From positions 44,961,605 to 45,025,604 of the forward strand of contig NC_057734.1 of NCBI RefSeq assembly GCF_004010195.1: 64,000 bases of DNA, given 5' to 3'. The notes below the pieces were generated by a model. It worked only from the letters and a program-made list of their open reading frames with translations. It was not told the DNA's origin and searched no databases. Made by a program: the position numbers and the translations under genes. The DNA comes from Chiloscyllium plagiosum. Taxonomy: Eukaryota. Below, piece by piece: positions 38,766 through 52,909 of the stretch; position 1 is the stretch's first letter, and every line of letters starts with the position of its first letter.

Positions 38766-40629
38766 TGGGATGGCTACAGTGCAGCAAGACACCTCATTTG
38801 CTCCACACTGCAAATGTGAAGTTGTTTTTTTGGAAGGAAGAACAAAAAGCAGAATATTACTTATTTATATAATTTGGCTTCTTTTGTTTTACATTGCTCT
38901 TCCCCTATCTACATCCTCCAGTTCCCTAAGACTGGCCCCATTATTCCTGTTTATCCGGTCTTGTCTGTGACAAAATGCTTACTCTGACCTCACAAGGCCG
39001 TTTGACCTCATCCCATCCTTTGCTTACCATTATCTACTCCCTCCATCTGCGCTGCCCCTCATAGCATCTTATCACTAAGCCCTTTTGATTGAGGTTTGTT
39101 CCTGTGTTTCTGTACAAGTGGGAAACCTACTGTTTATACAGGCCTCTCTTCACAGCATTTTATCTAGTGCCTGTATTTCTACCATTGTTTTGCAATCACG
39201 TTTCATGCTGGCATACCATTTTAACTGATTATATATTTCCTCCACATAGTTTCCATTCTTGTTAACTCAGCTCTTAGCTGAAACAATTACACACTGATGT
39301 GAGTTCATTTACTCTGTATCAAAACTTATAATTGCAGAAATAACATTAATTTATCTATATCCCACACCTTATTTAAAAAAAATACTTTACAGAAGATTCG
39401 CTAGGAAGATCTCTCTACTGAGGGGTTTTCTTATGAGCAAGGGTTAACTGGTTTGGGACTCTACTCATTGAAAGTTAGAAGACTAAGTGGTGATCTAATT
39501 GAAAGATATAGACTCTCCCAAAAGAGTCAGGAGGGGAAGAATCACCACAAAACCCCACTCAGGGTGGTAACTTGAGAATAAGACCATCGGAAGAAGAAGA
39601 CATCACCACGTGGATCCCAGCCAAGTTCTAGTGTGATGGTATACAATCATACAAAGTTAAAGCATAAGATAGTTTACAGTGTTTTTTCATTAGTTTATAA
39701 TATACTTTATTGTTCTAATATTAATTGTGTTCAATAAACATATATTATTGTCGATAAGACTCGACTAACAGTTCTTTTGCTGAATATAAGAATTTAAACA
39801 CACTGTGTGGCGGGTACAACACTCCCATGCAGTGAAACATTATCTCAGCATAGGTGCTGAATGAACTACTCCTGTTCCTTTTTTTTATGGTTTTATAAAC
39901 TCTGTGCAAAGGTAATTTAGTTTGTCTCCACACGGTTTCCATGCAGTCCTGCAGTATCTTTTCCTTCATATGTTATTGTAGTTTTATCATTTGCAAGCCA
40001 TAATCGAATCTGCTTTCAGTATTCTTTCAGATAGTGAATTCTGGACCATAGCCACTCGCATTGGAGGATATTCTTCCAAATGTCGACTTTTTGGTCATTT
40101 TGCCAGTCATCTTTAATCTGGGATTGATGGATCTCAATCCTTCTGCCACTGGAACAGTTTCTCTCTAATCAGTCTACTCAGCCTCAAGATTTTGAGCTCA
40201 TCTGCTAAATCTTTTTCAGTTTCTCTTCTGGAAATGAAGAGAACAACACCTTCAATTTATCTACTTGAATAAACTCCTTCATTCGCTGAAACCATACAAG
40301 TACCTTCTTTCCATAAATGGAAACCTTAGGGAGTAACTGGATTTCACTTCCGTGTAGTGACTGGGACTGCATTCTCTCCAGCAGGGCGCTGAAGGATTTG
40401 CCAGTTGCTGAACACACAAGTCACAGACAAATGGGATGGGGATTTAGGTTTGTTGGGTCATCAAACACCATTCATTTACCCAACTTCTGCAACATATATA
40501 AATAAATGAATCAGTTAGATTGGTAAGTGTTCAGGTTAAGAGCTGCAGATATGTTTGAAAGTCATAATTCCTGCTCTAAGAGCAGTGACCGAATGGATCA
40601 TCTTTTGAGGGAGGGAGGGGGTTGTTCAT

Positions 40630-40940
40630 TTCGCCCAGGAACGTTTATTCTGACCTTGACTTTTCCTCGGAGCGTTGCGGCCGCGGTTCGCGGCTTTCCG
40701 GGGAGTGCTGAGTGCGTTGCTCCCTTCCGGCGGGAGCGGAGTGAGAGACCGGGGCCACCCCGGGGACGGTGACACCAGGACCGAGCGAGGAGCAGCTTGA
40801 GTCCCAGGCATCAGGGCCCAGCATGAAGCTGCTGAAACCCGCTTGGGTCCATCACAATGGTGAGCGGGTGCGCGGGGGACTGTGCAGGGAGCGGGAGAGC
40901 TCTCCTCTGGCAGCGGGAGAGAGGAAGCCGGGGAGAGCAA
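40630..40940 (+). promoter_or_regulatory. HIRA: HIRA CpG island/promoter and 5'UTR
   Basis: Sharp rise in GC and CpG content around the HIRA ATG against an AT-rich background. Confidence 0.75.
40823..40859 (+). CDS. HIRA: HIRA (histone H3.3 chaperone) exon 1: MKLLKPAWVHHN(G)
   Basis: Canonical HIRA N-terminus, 37 nt, donor GTGAGC. Confidence 0.95.
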
Positions 40941-41029
40941 AGGTGACTACATCTGTCACACACACACACAGAATGGGGGTTAATCGCAGGGACTTAAAAC
41001 CTGGTCAGCCTCTGAGGTGAGTGGGAAGG

Positions 41030-41078
41030 AAGCTGGAGCCATGAATGGAGAGCTGGAGCCATGAATGGAGAGCTGGAG
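41030..41078. repeat. 20-bp tandem repeat, about 2.5 copies (AGCTGGAGCCATGAATGGAG)
   Basis: Directly visible. Confidence 0.85.
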
Positions 41079-42427
41079 ATCCAGGAGACCCAACAGCCTT
41101 GAATGAGTGAGAAACCCAAGAGGGAATGGGTAGGAGTACCAGGTTCCAGAGTTCTGCCTGGGTATCTGTGCTTAGCTGTATGCCCAGAGTGATGGGGGTC
41201 AGGGTCCAGTCATGCACAGTGTATGTGTTGGTGGATTTAGAGGACCAAATGCGAAGTGGGATATGGGGACTGAACCAGTCACCGTAGAGACTATGTACTT
41301 GGGATAACTAACTACAACAGTCTTAAAATAAGAAATAGGATTAGAAATAGACTGCATAGTTCTTGGAGCCCACTTTACCATTCAAAACTTTTAACCAATC
41401 TGCAAACCCACTTTTGTACCCACTCCCCTGATTTCCTTAGCATTCAAAATCTGTTGATCTTGACCTTAAATATACTCAACCATTAAGCAGCTGTAGCATC
41501 CGGGAAAGAGAATTCTAAAGGCTTTTGACCCATTGAGTGAACAACTTCTCATCTCCGTCTGACATGACTGTCTCCTTAACCTGATATTTCCTGTAATTCT
41601 AGACTCTCCAACTAGGGAAAATAGTTTCTAAACATCTATCATTTGGTGCTTTCAAAGAACCTTTCATGTTTCAGTAAGATCACCGTTGATTCTTCAGAGA
41701 TTATAAACCTATTCTACTCAATTTCTCCTATTAGAACAGTCCTCTCGCCCCAGGAGCCATCTCTTGAACTTGTGTTGTACCTCTTCTAAGTAAAGTATAG
41801 TCTTCCTCAAATATGGTGGCCAAAATTGTACAATACTATAAGACGTGGGAGTAGAAGTAGCCCATTTGGTCCATTGAGTCTGCTTACCGTGAGATTGTGG
41901 CTGATAGACTGCACTTTCCTGCCTTTACCCCATAATCTTTGAATCCCTTTTCTGATTGAAAACCTATCCCATCCTTTAACATACTTAACGACCCAGCCTC
42001 TACAGCTCTCTGTGGTAAGGAATTACACAGATTTCCCTACTCTGAAAGATGTCTCACTAAAGCCTTGTGTAGCTGCCATCAGAGTTTGACTGACATAGTT
42101 TACCCCTTTCAGTCATGACCTACTAACTACGAATCTTAACTGCTTGCTCAAACTACCAACGTGTTAACCTTCTCTTTCTTGTACAATGACATCCAAATTC
42201 CTCTGAACGCCAACATTTAATAAATTTGCAGCATTTAAAAAATATTGTTTTTCTTCACAACAAAATAAGGTGAATCTCTCTTTTCCCTGATGGCTGCTTG
42301 CTCACTCACTTATGCTATCTAAATTTCTAATCTTTGTGTCTTTATCATACTTTTTCTTCTAGCTTTCTTCAGTTTTTCACATATGGAATATGAACATATG
42401 TGTCAAAGACAGCATCTATTTTTCTTG

Positions 42428-42750
42428 GAATCCCCAGTGTTGAAACAGGCCATTTGGCCCAACAAGTCCACACTGAACCTCTGAAGAGTATCCCACCCAG
42501 ACCCATTCCCCTACCATAAAACTCTACAGTTCTGATGACTAATGCACTTAACCTACATGTCCCTGAACACTCTGGGTAATTTGGCATGGCCAATTCACCT
42601 AACCTGCACATCATTGGACTTGGGAGGAAACCCACGCAGACAAGGGGAGAATGTGCAAACTCCACACAGACAGTCGCCTGAGGCCAAAGTCGAACCCGGA
42701 TACTTGGGGCTGTGAAGCAGCAGTGCTAACCACTGAACCACCATGCCACC
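42428..42750 (-). mobile_element. HE1/V-SINE-like SINE
   Basis: Full head, core and tail on the minus strand. Confidence 0.85.
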
Positions 42751-43104
42751 CTATTTTTCCACCCCAAATTGCCCTTTGAACCACAAGGTTGAAACACTGT
42801 AGTCCACATGGTTTAAGTACACTTAAAATGTTGTTAGGAAGCGAGTTACAGGTTTCTGACCCTCTGACTGTGAAGAATGATGATGTATCTCCAAGTCAGG
42901 ATAGAGTGTTTTTTGGTGCGGCTCTTGGTGTTCCCATGCTCTTGTCCTCCTATATCGCGGATGTGGCAGATTTGGAAGTGTTGTGGAAGGACGCTTGGCA
43001 AGTTGCTGCAGTGCACCTTCTAGATGGTACATACTGCTGCTACTCTGCATCATTGATAGAAGGAGAGAACACATGGTCTGTTGGTTGGGGTATTTATCAA
43101 GTGA

Positions 43105-43193
43105 ATGAAATGTGTTGCTGGAAAAGCGCAGCAGGTCAGGCAGCATCTAGGGAACAGGAGAATCGACGTTTCGGGCATTAGCCCTTCTTCAGG
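43105..43193 (-). mobile_element. PLE terminal fragment with intact hammerhead core, antisense to HIRA, nested in an L2/CR1-like remnant (about 42770-44250)
   Basis: Minus strand CCTGAAGAAGGGCTAATGCCCGAAACGTCGATTC at 43160-43193. Confidence 0.75.
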
Positions 43194-46100
43194 TGGGCTA
43201 CTTTGCCTTGGAAGATTGAGCTAATTGCATGATATTGGAGCCACACTCATCCAAGCAAGCGCAAAGTATTTTCTCACTTGCAACCTTTAGTTAGAGAACA
43301 GGTCTTGGGAAGTCAGGAGTTGAATTATTCACAATTTAACAACCCTAGCTTGAATGTTAGGTTTTCCTGCATGTGATCATGTACTTACAGAGACATGAAT
43401 GATACTGAATGCAATGCAATTATCAGTAAACACCCTCACATCTGAATTGTGATGAAGGAAGGTCATTACTGAAGCAATTTAACATTGTTGGGTGTTGCCC
43501 TGAGAATCTGTAGTGATGCCTTGGACTGAAATGATTGGCCTCCAACAACTTCCTTTGTGTTAGTATGACTCCCAGCAGTGGAGAATTTTCCCCAATTCCC
43601 ATTGGCTTCGATTTTATGAAGACACCTTCATGCGATATTCACCTTACTACTTGAATTAAACTTTGACCATGTTTGGACCAAGTCTGTAATGAGGTTTTGT
43701 ACTGAGTGGCTCTGGCAGGCTCCGTACTGCATGTCAGGGAGCAATTTATTGCTGCATAAGTGTCATTTGAGAGAATGGTTGATGACACTTTCCATCATTT
43801 TGCAGATGGACATGTAATTAGCTTGATTGCATTTGTCTTTTTGTAGAGACGATATATCTGGAAAAATGTCCAAATTGTCAGGTAGATGCCAGTGTTGCAA
43901 CCGTACTGGAGCAGCTTGATCTGTGGGTGAAAGTATTTCTAAAGCGAAGTCTGGAACCTTGTCAGTGCTGATAGCTATTGCAGTATCCAGTGCCTTCAGC
44001 CTCTTCTTGCTATCACTTGGAGTGAACCGAATAGGCTGATGACCTCAGAATGGGCTGATGTGCCAATCTGATGTGTTGGCCTCTCCATCATTGAGAATGT
44101 GGATGTATGTGGATAATTCTGCTCCAATTAGTTGCTTAATTGTTTGCCACCTGGTGGCAACTGGACTGTTGCACCTTGACCCATTGGGCATGGGATTGCT
44201 GAGCTCTAAGCATGCTGTTTCTTTCAATAGTACAGATACAGTCTAGTTAGTTGCTTCTTCTAATTATTTATGTAGTTTGTAAAAGAAAATGCCCCAGCAT
44301 TGACTCTTTTAGTACCTCACTTCTTAGAGTCTATAAGCTGAAAATTACATTTCTATTCCTCATCTCTTCTATCCATGAATCAACCCTCTATCCCTGAGAT
44401 ATATGTAACTTACAACCCCTAAGCCCTTGTGTTGTGCAACAACATTTTGTGTGACATTGTATTGAATGCCTTTGAAAGATCCAAGTATATTATAACTGCT
44501 AGGTCCCATTTACTTTCCCTGCTAATCACATCCTCAGAACTGTAGATTGGCCAAACATTGTTTCCTTTCCTCAAAGTGCTTGAGTTGAGGCAGTGACCAC
44601 AAGCACCAACAGAAGCAAAGGGATTGCGATGAGATCCAGCAGATGAACCATGAATTTAAAAGTTTTTCCTACTGACATACATTTTTGTTCAAACTGCATG
44701 GTTTCATTTGCCCTGTGGAATCACTCTGATCAATTATTAAAACTCCTAATTTAGCAAAGAAACATCCTTTCATCCTTAAGTTTAGCATTGACATTTTCAT
44801 TCGACTACCCTGGTATTCCATTTGTATTCAGTCAGAGTACTTGGAACTTTTACAAATATAAGACAGTTGTTAGCAAGCATATTCTTCATGTCCTTTTTTT
44901 TCCCCCTTCAAGATGTTCATAAAAATCTACCTCTTCATAGAATCTCTTCAGTGCAGAAGCAGGCCATTTGGCCCATTGACCCATGACCTTCTTTGACCAA
45001 TATTTGGATATCTAATTTAATATGGTGTAATGAACCAAACTTTTAGCTCCTCCTTTTAGCTCTGTATCAATTGTTGCAATGTTCCTGTGAAGTGTCTTGG
45101 ATGGACTCACACTGTTGCATGATTGCAAATTCATTTAAATGTGCCCAAAGTAGTCCAGTCTTTCTGCTTTCAAGTCTTGCAATGTTGCTTTCATATTTTT
45201 GGTGCTTATGTAATGGTCAAGGCAAACACATCCGAAATATTTTGAAATACATGAAGCAGTTTGTATGGCTTTGAATTTTAAAACATGAAATGCATTCTAC
45301 TTATAAATTTGCTTAGTCTATTTTCAGTTAAAACTGTTTGTTTTATGCACCTATTAATTTGATTTCAGCAGAAAGAAGATAAGTATAGTTTGACTTGGTT
45401 TTCTTTGGCTCAAGAAACTTATTATATTTATAGTCTTTAAAAACAGAGGAAGACTAAGTTTTGGTTAGGCAATGTCAAGAGCGACTGATTGATAGGAATA
45501 CAGATGGCTGAAGTAGCTGAGAACTGACCACAGTGGAGTGAATTCATGTGGTCCTGTTGTTGCTAGGTTGATGGATGGAAATTTACTAGTGGTATGTCTC
45601 GCATCTTTTGGGAATGGTTTAAATGGTGTAGTTACAGTTTACCTGTCAATGTAAATCCCGATCATGTTATGAAAGAAGTGTGAGAGAATATTTAATGAAA
45701 GTCATCATATAATGGGACTTGAGGGAGCAGTGAAAGCAGATTCAATTGTCCCCTAAAAGGGAATTTGATAAGCGCCTCAAGAGGAATTTGCAAGGTTATA
45801 GTGAAAAAATGTAGACGTGAAACTAGATGATTGCCCTTGTAGTATGTCAGAATGGATATGATGAGCCAAATGGCCTCTTCCTATGCTGTAATCATTCCAT
45901 GCTGCACTAGGGAGATGAGTTTCTAATTAACTTATCCACTGAATGGATCTGACAGACTATCAGGTTCTATGACATTTGTGAGCATAACCTAACAATGCTA
46001 ACCAACATGACCCTTGACTGGTGGAGGATTGTAGGTGGTCAGTATATCTGGGGGTCAGGGGCTAAGGAGGTAAGCTTGAGTCTTATGATTGATGTTGAAA

Positions 46101-46498
46101 CTCTTGTTGGGTTTGGTTCATTACAACATATTCCCGCTCTCGCTTTTATCCTGCTCTATCTTTTATCTCATGTCAACGCCTAGTTTCTGGTTTAGTCTCC
46201 AGGGTGTTGAAGATGTGTGTTTCATTGTCTGTGTTTTCAGCACATGGAGTTTCCTCTTGTGTCATAGGTGTCAGACCTCTGGGGGAAAGGAGGAAAGGTA
46301 ATATCATTTTAACTCATGTCAAATGACTTGTTTAGGTCGAAAGAATGAGGTTGGTAACTTGAGGACCCAGATGTAAAATGATTGGTAAAATAACCAGCAA
46401 TGTGAAATCATCACATTTTTGCACTGAGTTGTTGCAGGGTGGAACAGTGGTGGAGGTAACTTCAGTAGTAGCTGGCAGAAGGAAACTTGCTAGAATTT

Positions 46499-49400
46499 GG
46501 GGAAGGTTTGTAGTTCATGTTGTGGATCAGGTTGTAAGTTTGCTCGCGGAGCTGGTAGATTTGTTCTCAGAGGTTTTGTCACTATGCTAGTTAACATCAT
46601 CAGTGAGCCTCTGATAAAGCACTGGTGTTCTGTCCTGATTACTATTTATGTGTCTTGGTCTGTTTTGGTGGGTGATATCACTTCTGGTTCTTTATCTGAG
46701 AGGTTGGTAAAGGGGGTCCAAATTCATATGTTAATGGAGTTCCGGTTTGATTGCCAGGCCTCTAGGAATTCTCATGCCTGTTATCGTTTAGCCTGTCCCA
46801 GGATGGATGTATTGTCCCAGTTGAACTGGTGTCCCTCTTCGTCTGTGTGTATGATACTAGTGATAGTTGGTCATGTCTTTGGTGGTTAGTTGGTGCTCAT
46901 ATATCCTGGTGGCCAGTTTTCTGCCCGTCTTTCCAAAATCACAAACACCTATGGGCACAATATGTTCAAATTAGCCCCAAAGTGGGAAACCAATCCCATC
47001 TGACTGACTGAGCGCCACCTGCCAACAACTGTACTTCCTACATGAATGCCTCAGGAAACAGGTATTACCATGATATGTCAAATACAAACCACCTCTGAAC
47101 ACCCCAGAAGCCAGAAGAACAGAACAGCTGCAGGATGCTACGAGAAATGATAAATTATGTTCACAACTGACTCCACAAATACGAACGAGAAGTTTTGCAC
47201 CAAAGATTTCTGTACACTAACGTGACTGACCTTGAATGGACAAGTGCGTTAGAACGAGCCATCAACACTAAACAACAGCAGATTAAGACAAAGAAAAGAC
47301 TAGCCCTACAAGAAAAACTGGCCAAGATCATACCCATCAATTACACTGACAATTCAGAGACTTGGATAAAGAACCTGTTGAACCGACCACTTGCAGACAT
47401 GGAAAAAGCTGTCCTAGTACAAGGGCTGAACTTCAACCATAGGGACGTGGACAAAAAGGACATCCTAGCAGCACTGGAATCAACCCTGAAAGACAACGGA
47501 CTTAGAGAAAAATCCAGCAGGCCATCAGATAGCCAGTAATACCAACACTTAACAGAAGGAAAGAAGGGAACACCCTCAACACACTGGAAAGGAAAGCCAT
47601 GGAAGGACTCGGAAAAGACAAATATTGTAATCCTATTGGAAGACAAAGGGCGCATGACCGTCATGACCTGAACAGAACACAATACATTGAAAAAGCAAAC
47701 ACACACCTTGCAGATATCGACGCCTACCAACAGGTGGCGATGGACCCCACCCTACAACTAGAAAACCGTACTGTAGCAGCCCTGAGGAAACTACACGAGA
47801 GAGGTGAAATTAACAAGACAGACCTCCAAAGAATGAAATCTGAAGGATCCAACGCATCCCATTTCAAGGGATTATCAAAGGTATATAAACAAGGGACCCT
47901 TAGACCCATAGTCTCACTTCCCGGTACACTGACATGCAGACTAACAAAGGAACTGCAACATAAACTGAAACACCTAGTCGAAGACTCAAGCCACTCCATC
48001 CACTCCACCCAGGAATTCCTTAACGTCATCAAAGACACCAAGGTAGAGGATGATGAGATCATGGTTTCCTTTGATGTGGTGGCCCGATTCACATCTATAA
48101 CCATCATCCGGGCCAAAGAAACACTGGTGTCACTGTTAGACAAATCAAGGACACAAGCACGCAAAAACTCCATCAGCAAGGATATCATCCTCAAATTAGT
48201 AGCCCTGTGAGTCTCAACCCACTTCACCATTGATGACAGGATCTATAAACAAGTCGATGGGATCTGTTTATAGGATCACCAATATCAGGACTCTTATCAG
48301 AAGCAGTTATGCAGAGCTTAGAACGAACAGCCCTTCCCATGATCCATCCCAAGCTTTGGGTCTGCTATGTGGATGACACCTTTGTCATCACAAAATACAA
48401 CAAGTTAGAAGAACCCACAAACAACATATTTACCAGTATAAAGTTCACCAAAGAGGAAGAGAACAACAACACTCTCCCCTTCCTAGATGTCACAGTAGAA
48501 CGAAAAGCGAATGGAGAGTTGCAGACCAGTGTCTACAGGAAAGCCACACACACTGACCAGATATTTGGTTACAGCAACAATCATCCCAACACCCACAACT
48601 GGAGCTGCATCGGAACATTATTTAAGTGAACACACTGCAGCACCCTGGAACCACGAGAAGCTGAGGAAAAAACACCTATACAATGTATTATGGACAATGG
48701 GTACCCGATTAAGCGCAGTCCGCCGATTCCTACATAACAGACCTAAACAAGAAGACATAACACGCTGAGAGACTCTAGCCACCCTGCCATACATTAAAGA
48801 TATCTCTGAGATGATGACCAGACTACTCTGGCCTCTAAGCATCATGGTAGCCCACAAAGCTACCATTACATTGAAATAGCTCCTGATGAATTTAAAGACC
48901 CCCGTACCAACAACCAGCAGAACAAACGTCATATACAAAATACCCTGCAAGGACTTGGAGGCTGCTACAATTACAACATTTAAAAGGCATCTGGATGGGT
49001 ATATGATTAGGAAGAGTTTGGAGGAATATGGATCGGGTGCTGGCAGGTGGGACTAGATTGGGTTGGAATATCTGGTCGGCATGGATGAGATGGACTGAAG
49101 GGTCTGTTTCTGTGCTGTACATCTCCAATGACTGCAACAAATGTTACGTTGGACAGTTGGATAGGAAACCAGCCACCAGGATGCATGAGCACCCAATTAG
49201 CGTGACCAACTATCACCAGTATCCATACGCACAGACTAAGAGGGACACCAGTTTGACTGGGACAGTTAATCCATCTTGGGACAGGCTTAGCAAAGACGTG
49301 CACGGGAATTCCTAAAGGCCTGGCATTCAACCGGAACTCCATTAACAAACGCATCGATTTGGACCCCATTTACCAACCTCTCAAAAAAAAAACAACCGGA

Positions 49401-49559
49401 AGTGATCTCATCCACCACAACAGACCAAGACACACAAATAGCAAGTGCGACAGAACACCAGTGCTTCATCAGGACTCACTTTCACTGATGTTACCTAGCA
49501 TGGTGACGAAATGTCTGAGAACAAACCTACCAGCTCAGTGAGCAAACTTACAACCTGAT
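46499..49559 (+). mobile_element. Poseidon-type Penelope element, near full length, with 5' inverted terminal repeat, pseudogenised
   Basis: RT motifs LRPIVS, MVSFDV, GSPISG, YVDDTF and LPFLDV. GIY-YIG NVIYKIPCKD|CNKCYVGQ is split by a CR1 tail (about 48957-49130). 46500-46925 is an inverted copy of the 3' end. TTGCTAGA flanks at 46487 and 49560. Confidence 0.9.
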
Positions 49560-49997
49560 TTGCTAGATATTTGAAGTGGAAAAGTTTGTAGGACTATGGG
49601 TAAGTGGGAGGAATTGTGTAGAGATGGTCCTGGAAGGGTGGATAGATTGGCCTCTTGCTTTGCCATATTATTTCTAAGATGTAAATGCCAATGATCTGAA
49701 TTTTTAAACAGAAAATATGCAGCAGATCTGCTTTAGGTGCAATGAAAAGTCTACATTGGTAAAGGCTCTATACTTGAAATTTATAATTTGTCCCTTTAAC
49801 TTTAGAAACTCTGTTAGCTGCTGCGCATGTTCTAACTTGGAAATTGGAACTGTTTGTGATAATTGATTTGTATGATTTGGTGAAACTGCTGTATTGTTTG
49901 GTCTGAAATCAGTGTAGGGAGCAATTCCCCCACTAACATCATCTACCTGTTTTTAAAAAAAAAAGAACTTTTTAGTATTCTGAAACTGTGGATTTAT

Positions 49998-50134
49998 TAG
50001 TGTGCTTTGAGAAGATTTGTAGCTCAGGTTGAGGTTCTGGATGTAGGTTTGTTTGCTGAGCTGGAGGGTTCAGTTTCAGACGTTTTGTCGTCATACTGGA
50101 TAACATCATCAGTGAGCCTCTGGATGAAGCACAA
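49998..50134 (-). mobile_element. Poseidon-type PLE terminal insert with 10-bp TSD
   Basis: GTGGATTTAT at 49988-49997 and 50135-50144. Confidence 0.75.
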
Positions 50135-50429
50135 GTGGATTTATGTTTCAATTTAAATATTTTGAGCTATTGGTCAAAATGTAGATGTAGCACAACATGT
50201 ATGTGGAACAGCTTATTGTAGGGTGAGGAAAAATGTTCTGAAAGATGAGGATTAGCTCTGACAGTGTTGGCAGAAGCTGAGAGTTCCACATTTCTATTAT
50301 CATTTGTATGAAAAAGTGCTTCCTGATTTCCCTTCTAAATGGTCTAGCTGTAATCCATTTCCCATTGTTCTTGATACTCCACTCAGAGGAAATAGTTTAT
50401 CCCTCAATTCTGTTATTGTTTTAATTCTG

Positions 50430-51850
50430 AGAGACAGAATTAATCTCCATGGGGAGAGACAAAGATGAATCGGGGATAGTCAACAAGGCTTTGTGTCAGA
50501 GGAAGATCATATCAAGCAAACATGAATGAATTTTGCCAAGGAAGTTGTTAGGTGTGTGGATGAGGTTAGTGCAGTTGATATAGTCTACATGGACTTCACG
50601 TGGACAAAGTGTTAAATGGGAGGCTGGTCAAGAAGGCAAGAGCCCATGCACTCCAGGGTAATTTAGCAAAATTCAAATATTTACTTATTAGCAGAGGGTA
50701 ATGGTCAAAGGTAGTCTTTGTGACTGGAAGCCTGTGTCCAGTGGTATATTGCAGGGCTCTGTTCTCTATCCTCAGCTGTTTATAATGTACATTAGTGACA
50801 TGTGTACATGACTGTAGGAGCTTTGATCAGTAACTTATAAGATGACACAAATATTGGTGGTATGGAGATAGCATAATAGCAAGGAGGAAAGCCTTACACT
50901 ATAGGATGCTATAGACTGGCTGGTCAGATGGTTGAACAGTGGCAGGTGGAGTTTAATCCTGAAACGTGAGGTGGTGCGTTTTCAGAAAGCAAACAAGGTA
51001 AGGGAGTACACATTGAATGGTAAGATCCTAGGAAGTACACGTTAGTGTACGAGTCCATTGACCCTTGAAGGCAGCAGGACAGGTAGAGAAAGCGGTTAAG
51101 AAGGCTTATGTGATGCTTGCCTGTATTAGTTGATGTGGAGTTGCTGGTGTTGGACTGTGTGGACAAAGTTAAAAATCACACAACACCAGGTAATAGTCCA
51201 ACAGGTCTATTTGGATGTAGCCTGGTGTCATGTGATTTTTAACTTTATTAGTTGAGGCATTGAATACAAGAACATGGAGGTTATGATGGAGCTGTATAAG
51301 ATGTTATTTCAGCGACAGCTGGAGTATTGTGTGCAGTTCTGTTTGTCGCATTGTGATTGTCCTGGAGAGATTGCAGAGGTGATTCACCATGACATTGCCT
51401 GGGATGGAGCGTTTTATGATGAAAATCTGGATAGGCTGGTTTCCTTAATTTCCTAGTTTTCCTTCAAGCAGAGAAGGCAGAGGGGGATCTGACTAAGGAT
51501 TACAAAGTTATGAGGGACACAGATATGGTGGATAGGAAGAAACTTTTCCCCTTAGTGCAGGGGTCAGTAAATAGTGGGCATAGATTTAAAGTAAGAAGCA
51601 GGAGAGTTGAAGGGTATTGTAGGAAAAATCATTTCAGTCAGAGATTGGTTCTTAGATGTTATTTTTGGAAAGGATGGTAGAAATAGGAACTATCAAAACA
51701 CTTAAGTATTTAGATGAATACTTGAAACACCATAACATACAAGGTTATTATTCAAGTACTGAGAAATGGGATTAGCATAAATAAGTACTCCATGACTGGC
51801 GTGGACACAACAAGACGAAGGGCCTCTTTCAATGTTGTGATACTCTATTA
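50430..51850 (+). mobile_element. Decayed CR1 RT and 3' end, with a small PLE hairpin insert (51134-51245, TSD TATTAGTTGA)
   Basis: AVDIVYMDF, LYKMLFQRQLEYCVQF and the CR1 tail. Confidence 0.75.
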
Positions 51851-52752
51851 CTCTACCTCTGATTAGGTAGCTTCTGAATCTCTTAGACTTTTGGGAATAC
51901 AAGCAAAATTATTCAGTCCTATTTATTACTGAAGGCCGTGGTATTTATGTGTTGAATTTGCTCAGTCTTCTCGAGCTATGGTGCAAATGTAAAAGCAGTA
52001 CTACAGCTACTGTCAAATGTCCCTATTCAACTGAAGCTCTGCTTCCATTCTTCTGCGCAGTATTCCCATCCACTTGAAGTAAATGACAACATTCCAGTGA
52101 GTACTGTTGCGGTCTGTCTGCTAGATTTTAATTGATTTGTGTATTTGGATCCCCAATCCCCTTTGCTGGCGTGCAGTTGCTAGTTTCTGACCAATTGCGA
52201 AATGCTTCCATTTACCTTCTCTTATCAAAACAGCATGATTTCTCATTCAATTACTTAATCTACCCTGTCTAATTTTGTTAGAATTTTATAGGTTTCTATG
52301 ACCCCACTCTGGTTATTTTTCTAAATTCACGTGAGTATAGTCCTAATCGATTGAGTTTCTCCTTGTGTGTCAGTTCTACCATCCTAGGTATCAGCAGGGT
52401 AAACCTTCTTTGCACTGTTTCAATAGTAGAATATCCTTCCTCAGATAAGGTGACCAAAGTGACCCACAATACTCAAGTGTGATTTACCAATGCCCTGTAC
52501 AGTTGCAGTAAGACATCTCTGTTCCTGTACTCAATCTACACTATGAAGGCCAGCATCCTGTTTACCTCCTTCACCACCCACTGCTCCTGCATGCTTACTT
52601 TCAGCTACTGATGAATAAGGACACTTGGACCTTGTTGCGAGCCTCCCTTTTCCCGATCAATTGCCATAACAAGAATATTACCTTGCATTTCATTTTGAAT
52701 TAGGAGTGAGAGTATGAGATTCTGTGAAATAAAAATAATTGTTTTCTTCCAG

Positions 52753-52815
52753 GTAAGCCAATATTTTCTGTGGACATTCATCCTGATGGAACCAAGTTTG
52801 CAACAGGTGGACAAG
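52753..52815 (+). CDS. HIRA: HIRA exon 2
   Basis: TTCCAG acceptor, GTAAGT donor. GKPIFSVDIHPDGTKFATGGQG, 63 nt. Confidence 0.95.
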
Positions 52816-52909
52816 GTAAGTGGCAGGTTGTAAACAGATTACTGTTTAGTTAGGGTTAGCAGGATCTAGAAATCCTCAGTGCCATGGAGGCTGCTTTTCC
52901 CTTTCATAG

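Noticed and set aside
39510-39770. Possible partial LTR (AATAAA at about 39733, ending CTAACA)
   Set aside because: No 5' boundary, TSD or second copy was found.
3864-42750. tRNA-like A/B box sequences (about 3900, 4560, 21990, 26410, 42720)
   Set aside because: They are SINE heads without a complete cloverleaf and mostly run into SINE cores.
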